Shown here piece by piece: positions 57,801 to 64,000 of a stretch of DNA of 64,000 nucleotides. The notes under the pieces were generated by a model. It was given only the letters and a program-made list of their open reading frames with translations, did no database searches and was not told the DNA's origin. The stretch spans positions 32,001 to 96,000 of IMG/VR virus record IMGVR_UViG_3300024999_000045. The stretch is one strand, 5' to 3'. Within the stretch, counting starts at the first letter, position 1; the number at the start of each line of letters is the position of its first letter. Made by a program: the position numbers and the translations under genes. Source of the stretch: a virus.

Positions 57801-60123
57801 ATAATTGTTAATTGTGTATTTAATGCGCCAGTTGCCGTACTAGCTCCAAACATAATTGGTATTAATGCTTTTAATGCATTACTCCAAGATAATATACCTT
57901 GTGCAGCTAATTGAATATTAATTGCTTTTAATGATAATGAAAGTTTTATAGCAATCCCCATAATTACTATAAACAAAATATTTAATGAACCAAATTTTTG
58001 ATTTAATCTATCTAACACTTCAACCATAGCAATTCCAAAATCAACAATTTCTTTTATTGAATCTGATTTTACTAATCCTTGCCAAAATTTAGTAACAGTT
58101 TCTTTGAAAGTATTTACCTTTGCATTTATTGAAGTCATATAAGTTTCTTGTTCCTTAGCGCTACTTCCGGCACTATTTAATGCAGATTCTGTTGCTTTAA
58201 TTCCATCCTCAATATTATTTAATAACGATGCAACTACAGTACCTTGTCTTTTACCCGCAATCATCTCTAAAAGTGTAGCACGTTTTTTATCTGTCAAATC
58301 TTTCCATACTTGGGAAACATCTTTCATAATTTCAAATGTAGATTTAAAACTATCATTATCTTTCATAATTTCTACACCAGATAATAATTTTATAGATTTT
58401 CTAAGTTCTGGGATTAATTCGCCTGACTCTTCATTTATTCCACGAAGCCTCATAGACACAGTTTTTAGGGCTGTTCCTACAACTTCGGGATCTTGAATTG
58501 CCTTTATACCCTCGGTTTCCCGATATTTTTTAGGGGAGTAGACTATACCACCATCCTTTTAAAAGGACGCCCTTCGGTAGTCGTTGAGGGGAGTTAGTTT
58601 AAATAACTCAGCCCTGCTGATTGCCCAATCCTTTAAATTGTCACACTTTGGTATTAAAGGCTCTAAGGGGTTTCCAGCATATTCAGGGTTTTCTATATAT
58701 ATTACTATATATAGGCACTAGTATGTTAATGCATTTGCAGCCGTAATTAATCCGATACTTTCTTCTAATGTATTTCCAGCTTCATATAATGAGGCTGAAC
58801 TTCTCTTTAATGCATCTCCAATTCCACCTGATGTTATTGCGAAATTATTCAACTTTGTTATCCTAAAGGCTTTTTATCCTCTAGTTCTTATAGTTTCCTA
58901 TAAGTTCAGCATATCTTTTCACCCTTAATATTACTTAGTGGGGCGCCCCTGCCTCTTGGACGAATTATAGTCTACTTTCATAGTATCATCGTCTATGCGT
59001 TGCGGCTGGTTAATATTTTAATATTAACCTTCACCTCTGATTAGCTTATATTTTTATACTTAGCTTTCCAGATTTTTTCAGGAGTTATCATTAGTATCTT
59101 AAGATACTAAGCGGCAATAAATTTACCGACTTCATTCGCGGCATCAATTAAGTGGGCGGTTTCAGATATTTCTAAATTGAAGCCTTTTAATGTTGAAATA
59201 ATTGATTCAGTTGCTTCATCAATTCCAATATCGCCAATGTTACTATAAATTAAAGCTTGTTTTGCTAATTCAGCAGATTCTTTTATACTATAGTTTAATT
59301 TTGCAAATGAAGTGGTAGCATCAATTGCAGCTTTACTGCTATGTCCAACTTCAATAGCCATGCTATTAGCAGTTTTTAGAAATTTATCATAAGATTCTTC
59401 TGTCTCATCCGTAACTTTTTTCAAATTTACGATTGATGTATCTAATTGTGTAATTGTAGAAATTGCAGATCTTATAGCACGTACTGTCCCAAAAATGGCT
59501 GTTCCAGCAGCCGCCCACATGAGCATTTTTTTGGTATTTTTTGCAAACTCATTAAACCCACCTTCTGCATTAACTTTAGTTTCTTTTAAACCCGTGTTAA
59601 GAGTTTTTACAGACATATTTATTTCTTTCATTCTGGCAGACGCTGCTTTTGGTGCTAATCCATCTAAACTAGAGAGATTCTTTTTAATATTATTAATTTC
59701 ATTTTGAACTGGAATATTATTTACTTGACTTTTATAACTTGCCTGAGTACTTCTTAATTGCAACTCAATCTTTTGTTTATATAGAGCAACTTGTTCTTTT
59801 AATTTTAAATTTGTTTGTTGTTCTGCATTACGTATTTTATCTGCATTTGATTTTGCAGTATTACCTAATTTTACATGCGCTGCTCTTGTTTTTTCTATTT
59901 CTTTGTTATCAACATTAGCAACGATTTTTATAGGTTTAATATTTTTATTTAGTTCTTTTATTTGCCTATTGATATCGCTTACTTTTGTTTTATTAATATC
60001 AATAGAAATGCTCAATGGTTTTAATTTTTTACTAAATTCTTTTAATTCTTTATTAAAAGAATTTATTGATTTGGAACTTTGATCCAGTTGTGACCTAATT
60101 ATAATACTTAAATCATTTATCAT
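54869..60123 (-). CDS. tail tape measure protein, complement(join(54869..58500,58729..58849,59125..60123)), 1583 aa
   Basis: Splicing restores DAANEVG|NNFAITSGGIGDALKRSS...ITAANA|SIQDPEVVGTALKTVSMRLRG, a TMP core; exon lengths 999+121+3632 = 4752 nt, in frame. Confidence 0.9.
58501..58728 (-). mobile_element. group I intron 2 in the tape measure gene (228 nt, no ORF)
   Basis: P1 GCAU|UA...UAGUGC with a U-G pair at the splice site; ATGCTGGAAA/AATCAGCAGG, CTCAACGACTA, GGTATAGTCTA; 3' end GAGGGTATAAAGG resembles the thyX intron end. Confidence 0.9.
58850..59124 (-). mobile_element. group I intron 1 in the tape measure gene (275 nt, no ORF)
   Basis: P1 CGGU|...GCCG with a U-G pair; ATCTGGAAA/AATCAGAGG, GCAACGCATAG and AAGATATGCTG (covarying P7); ends in G. 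Confidence 0.9.
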
Positions 60124-60216
60124 AAAATTACCTCCTTTTTGAAGTATAAAAAATATCTCTACATCTCAATTCACAAAAAATATGAATTCAAATATAGAGA
60201 TAAAATTGCATTAAAA

Positions 60217-60242
60217 AAGAAGTAGATTTTAGTCTACTTCTT
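60217..60242. terminator. stem-loop between the endonuclease and tape measure genes
   Basis: AAGAAGTAGA/TCTACTTCTT. Confidence 0.6.
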
Positions 60243-60267
60243 CAAAACTTTTATTTGATTTTTATAT

Positions 60268-62040
60268 TTAACTTGTTCTATATTTCATATAACAATCTCT
60301 ATTACAAAAATGTAATTTACTGTTTTTAAAACGACCTTCAGTTATCTCAAATTCACTAGAACAATTATCACATTTTATTATTTTAGAACCCAATTTCTGA
60401 TGTTCTAAGTGACATTTTTTAGAACAAAAATTTAATTTTCCTTCTTTACAATTAATAATATATGTTTCATATTCTTGGCCGCAATTATTACAATTTATTT
60501 TATTTTTTTTAGTTTCATCTGTATTATAATCATAAGAACATTTTCGACTGCAAAAATGTTTCTTTGTTCTATTATATAAAGAAATAGACTTTTCAACATC
60601 TTTATAACAATTATCACATTTAAATGTAATTAATTTTCGTATCTTATTTCTTTCTGTACGATCAAGTAAATTATCAATATCTTTGGCTTTATATTCTATA
60701 TATGGCTTAATAATATTATTATTTAAAACCAATTGATTGTTTATTATAGAATAATTAAAACTATTATATTCTAATAAATTCCCATTGTTTTTTATATAGA
60801 ATTTAATTAAATGTTCGCATAATTTAATATTATTCATAATGTCTGTTTCCCATAAATACAATATTTCTATTTTATAATATTTTTTTATATATGTGTGCTT
60901 GGATTTATCTCTCTTTATATCTTTTTGTTGCATTTGATTTAAACAATTATATTTTAATGGATTACTATGGAAATAATCTCCCATAACTTCAATACACAAA
61001 TTATGTTCTAATATATAATTATCTACAGAATAATATTTATAATTATATTCATTCTCATATTTTATGTCTAATTTTTTTAGTAACTTATTTACTTCTTTTT
61101 GTGGTTTCGTTTGTCTATCAAAAATACCAGTTGAATACATTTTTGTTGTCAATATTCTTTGAGCATTTCTTTGTTTTGCCGTATGTTTTGTGCCAAATTG
61201 AGAGTGTTTTTCTCCTAAATAATATTTAGATCTATACTCCCAATAACATGTTTGACTACAAAAATTATGATTATCGTTATATTTATTTTTCTTATTATAA
61301 TCATAAGGAATAACTTCTATGTCCAAATTACAATTTGTGCATTTTGTTTCTATTCTATTATATTGATAACTATCTTCGCCTTTAGGCTCAAATTCTTTTT
61401 TATATTTCCAATAACAATTCGAGCTGCAAAAAGTATTTTTACTTTTTAAATATACACTTAAAAAATCAACAGTTTCTTTTTGACAATATTTACAGTTTGA
61501 TTTAACATTTAATGCTTTATTTGCTATTATTAAATCTGTACTTAGTAATAAAGTGATATCTTTAAAAGATTTACTTGGAACTTTATCGACTAATTCATTA
61601 ATAAAAACTATTTTATTATTTATAATTGAATCTATAATAATTTTGTATTCATTTAAATTCCAATTTTCTTTAATAATTAAATTGCTTTTTCTTTTTAAAT
61701 AACTACAAACCTTACACGAATAAACATATCCGCCACACGTTTTAACATCTTTATTAAATTCTTCTAAAGGCAACAATAAATCACAAGTACTGCATTTTCT
61801 GTAACCTTCTTGCACTTCAATAAAAAACTCTGGAATAAATTTGTTACATATTTCTTTATATGTCATTTTAAAATGCTTTTGCAAAGGAAACATACTAAAA
61901 CCTTTATTTTTCATTTTTTCGTATTCTGTTCTATATGGATGTCTATTTAATAGCTCTGATAATTCTTTTATCTCTTTTATTGAAACGTCCATTCTTTCTT
62001 GGTCTGATAAATCACAAAATTTAGAAAATTGATTTGCCAT
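60268..62040 (-). CDS. free-standing endonuclease with many CxxC/FCSxxC zinc fingers and a DUF559/Vsr-like domain
   Basis: Repeated CxxC...FCSxxC units; YSVDNY...CIEVMGDYFH...KDIKRD...ILYLWETDI. Confidence 0.75.
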   Translation of the reverse strand: MANQFSKFCDLSDQERMDVSIKEIKELSELLNRHPYRTEYEKMKNKGFSMFPLQKHFKMTYKEICNKFIPEFFIEVQEGYRKCSTCDLLLPLEEFNKDVKTCGGYVYSCKVCSYLKRKSNLIIKENWNLNEYKIIIDSIINNKIVFINELVDKVPSKSFKDITLLLSTDLIIANKALNVKSNCKYCQKETVDFLSVYLKSKNTFCSSNCYWKYKKEFEPKGEDSYQYNRIETKCTNCNLDIEVIPYDYNKKNKYNDNHNFCSQTCYWEYRSKYYLGEKHSQFGTKHTAKQRNAQRILTTKMYSTGIFDRQTKPQKEVNKLLKKLDIKYENEYNYKYYSVDNYILEHNLCIEVMGDYFHSNPLKYNCLNQMQQKDIKRDKSKHTYIKKYYKIEILYLWETDIMNNIKLCEHLIKFYIKNNGNLLEYNSFNYSIINNQLVLNNNIIKPYIEYKAKDIDNLLDRTERNKIRKLITFKCDNCYKDVEKSISLYNRTKKHFCSRKCSYDYNTDETKKNKINCNNCGQEYETYIINCKEGKLNFCSKKCHLEHQKLGSKIIKCDNCSSEFEITEGRFKNSKLHFCNRDCYMKYRTS

Positions 62041-62150
62041 AAATAATCCTCCTGTAGGGTTTTAATTCCTGAAATATAAAATTGAGGAAGAACTCAGGAT
62101 GTTCTTGTCAAAATAATCGATCAAATTATTTCTATCCCCAAAACTTTAAA

Positions 62151-62470
62151 TTAACTATTATAAATTCTAACATCTATATCATTATTCAATACCAAAATTG
62201 AATCATTATAACCCTCATAATTTTCTACTTCAATTATTTTACTTATGTAATTTATATCAATATCAAATCTACTTTCATCTTCATTTGAATATAAGGTTAA
62301 TATATCAAGTTTATCAACGCCCCAGTATTCAAAATCTTCTAAAAATAACACTGTTTTAATACAATTGGAAATCTCGATTACTAACATTTTACCTTCTGAT
62401 TGCTTAAGTCTTTTCTCTAAATCATTAATACTAATCTCTTTGTTTTCTTCATAAGTATTTTTTCTCATAA
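62151..62470 (-). CDS. hypothetical protein
   Basis: AGGAG RBS favours ATG 62470 (MRKNTYEE). Confidence 0.65.
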
Positions 62471-62535
62471 AAAATCTCCTATAGTATATGATGTTAAAGT
62501 AAAGGTTGCGCAACCATTAATACTTTACAAACATT

Positions 62536-62570
62536 ATTCTATAAGAGATTGTCTTGAGTGTCAAGACAAT
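62536..62570 (-). promoter_or_regulatory. sigma-A promoter with an operator-like palindrome over -35
   Basis: TTGACA 62564-62559, 17 bp spacer, TAGAAT 62541-62536; ATTGTCTTGA-gtg-TCAAGACAAT at 62548-62570. Confidence 0.65.
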
Positions 62571-62608
62571 TTTCAATTTATTTTTCCATAATATAAGAAA
62601 TATTTTTA

Positions 62609-62803
62609 TTATTCTATATAAAATATACTTTCTACTGGTGTATTAAGCATTTTACTAATATTTAAACCGACTTCCAAACTTGTGTTATATTTATTTAATA
62701 TTATATTTGATAATGTTTTATGAGATATTCCAATTTTTTCAGCTAACCAAGTTTGTTTAATACCACGTTCTTTTAAAATTTCTTTTAACTTATTTTTTAC
62801 CAC
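62609..62803 (-). CDS. Cro/XRE-family HTH protein
   Basis: NKLKEILKERGIKQTWLAEKIGISHKTLSNII...PVESIF. Confidence 0.9.
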   Translation of the reverse strand: MVKNKLKEILKERGIKQTWLAEKIGISHKTLSNIILNKYNTSLEVGLNISKMLNTPVESIFYIE

Positions 62804-62887
62804 AATAATAAAATCCTTTCAAAATTTAATATATCAATAAAAATGTTGGATATTCCAAATAAAAGTTTAGTTTATTGATATAAAACT

Positions 62888-62916
62888 ATTGTAAGGCAAA
62901 ACTTTTATCTTGTCAA
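62888..62916 (-). promoter_or_regulatory. sigma-A-like promoter for the HTH gene
   Basis: TTGACA 62916-62911, 17 bp spacer, TACAAT 62893-62888. Confidence 0.6.
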
Positions 62917-62940
62917 TTAAGATTTTTGGTTTAATAATTT

Positions 62941-63756
62941 TTATTCTTTATCTTCTAAATACAACTTACAACTATGAACACCGTCATCATAAACTATTCC
63001 CTCAAGGTTTACAAAACTATCATAAAATATATAACCACCAACCGTAGATTTTGAATTTTTTAAAGATTCAAAAAAATCTACTTCTCGTAATTCTTCTTTA
63101 CTTGAAATATTTTCAGAATAGTTTGTTATTGTTAAAGGATAATATTTTTCTCCAATATAGTCACTAAATCCAACAATATTAATTTTTTTATTTTCTAATT
63201 CTGTTTTTTCTTTATTCCACACATGTAAAAAGATACCCTCTTTATTATTATAATCATGTTTAGCTATATTAACAGCTACTACAAAACCATCTTCAAATAC
63301 ACATGTATTATAAGTTATATTTCCTAGAGGCATAAATTTTTGTATAGAAATTTTTACTGGAGTATTAGTATTTTCTACCTTAACTTCCTCAACCACTGGT
63401 TCAACTTTAGCTACTTCCTTAACTTCTTCTTTAACTACAGGTTTAACACTAGCCTCAATGTCCTTAGTAGGCAAAACGTCAGCCCCACCAACTTTATCAT
63501 TGATGCTAACCGTTCTTGTAGTTTCATTCCAAATAATATTCTTATTTAATAATTCTCCAACGGATCGGAGTGGAATATACGTTGTACCTTCCAAAATAAA
63601 ATTATCTGAATCAACTTTCTTACCATTAACCTCAACATTTACCGAATTCATAGCAACATCAATACTCTTCCAAACACCATTTGCTAACACAGGAACCGTC
63701 AAAGTCACCAACAACGTAACTACCATACCTAAAATAAAACCTTTAAAAACTTTCAT
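62941..63756 (-). CDS. secreted protein with copper amine oxidase N-terminal (stalk) domain
   Basis: Signal peptide, then VEVNGKKV...FILEGTTYIPLRSVGELLNKNIIWNETTRTVSI. Confidence 0.8.
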   Translation of the reverse strand: MKVFKGFILGMVVTLLVTLTVPVLANGVWKSIDVAMNSVNVEVNGKKVDSDNFILEGTTYIPLRSVGELLNKNIIWNETTRTVSINDKVGGADVLPTKDIEASVKPVVKEEVKEVAKVEPVVEEVKVENTNTPVKISIQKFMPLGNITYNTCVFEDGFVVAVNIAKHDYNNKEGIFLHVWNKEKTELENKKINIVGFSDYIGEKYYPLTITNYSENISSKEELREVDFFESLKNSKSTVGGYIFYDSFVNLEGIVYDDGVHSCKLYLEDKE

Positions 63757-63880
63757 AATTTAACCTCCATATATAATATTATTATTTACAATATCAAACA
63801 TTATATTACATATGGGAATTTATTGCAACGTTGTCAATAGGTTTTATGGAATTTTAGTCGTTTTGGTTGATGTTATATTT

Positions 63881-64000
63881 TTATTTATCTTTTAAATCAC
63901 TCATCATTTGTTTGATTTTATCTCTTGTTTCAGCTTTAGACTTAGGTTTAACATAACTCTGACGAGTGGTTTCTATTGATTTATGATTTCCAATTTCAGC
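63881..64000 (-). CDS. tyrosine recombinase, C-terminal end (5' truncated by window edge)
   Basis: AEIGNHKSIETTRQSYVKP matches box II (H-x-S-x-x-T-T-x-x-x-Y) with the catalytic Tyr; stop at 63883-63881. Confidence 0.75.
   Translation of the reverse strand, partial: AEIGNHKSIETTRQSYVKPKSKAETRDKIKQMMSDLKDK

Noticed and set aside
39318-60123. Pseudogene, frameshift or stop-codon-recoding explanation for the split thyX and tape measure ORFs
   Set aside because: The gaps contain full group I intron cores, and splicing restores frame and motifs. Other genes read normally under code 11.
1698-63763. Many opposite-strand or overlapping ORFs in the track (e.g. 1698-2123, 14249-14533, 20890-21363, 46078-46431, 55347-55559, 63458-63763)
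   Set aside because: They lie inside well-supported genes, lack RBSs and have shadow-frame composition. 44523-44762 is simply the reverse of agrD.

Overview
A 64 kb segment of a large, very AT-rich temperate siphovirus of a Bacillota host (probably Clostridia), with SPbeta-like organisation. The + strand (1 to about 48 kb) carries two DNA methyltransferases, arrays of small accessory genes, and a replication block (putative SSB, Sak4-like ATPase, helicase, primase, PD-(D/E)xK nuclease, intein-containing DnaE and RecD2). It also carries nucleotide metabolism genes (NrdJ, dUTPase, intron-split ThyX, Tmk, 5'-nucleotidase), DNA ligase, RusA, tRNA-Cys, an agrC-agrB-agrD cassette, and a large serine integrase followed by an intact attP-like site. 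The - strand (48.2 to 64 kb) carries lysis genes, tail genes, a tape measure gene split by two group I introns, and the 3' end of a tyrosine recombinase. The most unusual items are: (1) an agr peptide-signalling cassette whose receptor has lost all kinase motifs while AgrB looks intact and AgrD predicts a Ser-lactone ring; (2) a DIP1984-like coiled-coil gene followed by a ~310 nt structured RNA with phased 7-nt repeats; (3) a 210 nt tRNA-like RNA with a second tRNA-like module nested inside it; (4) about 23 copies of a TAAAA-N6-TTTTAT palindrome at accessory-gene boundaries, plus a longer element shared with the integrase flank. All family assignments are motif recognition from memory; no database searches or folding programs were run.
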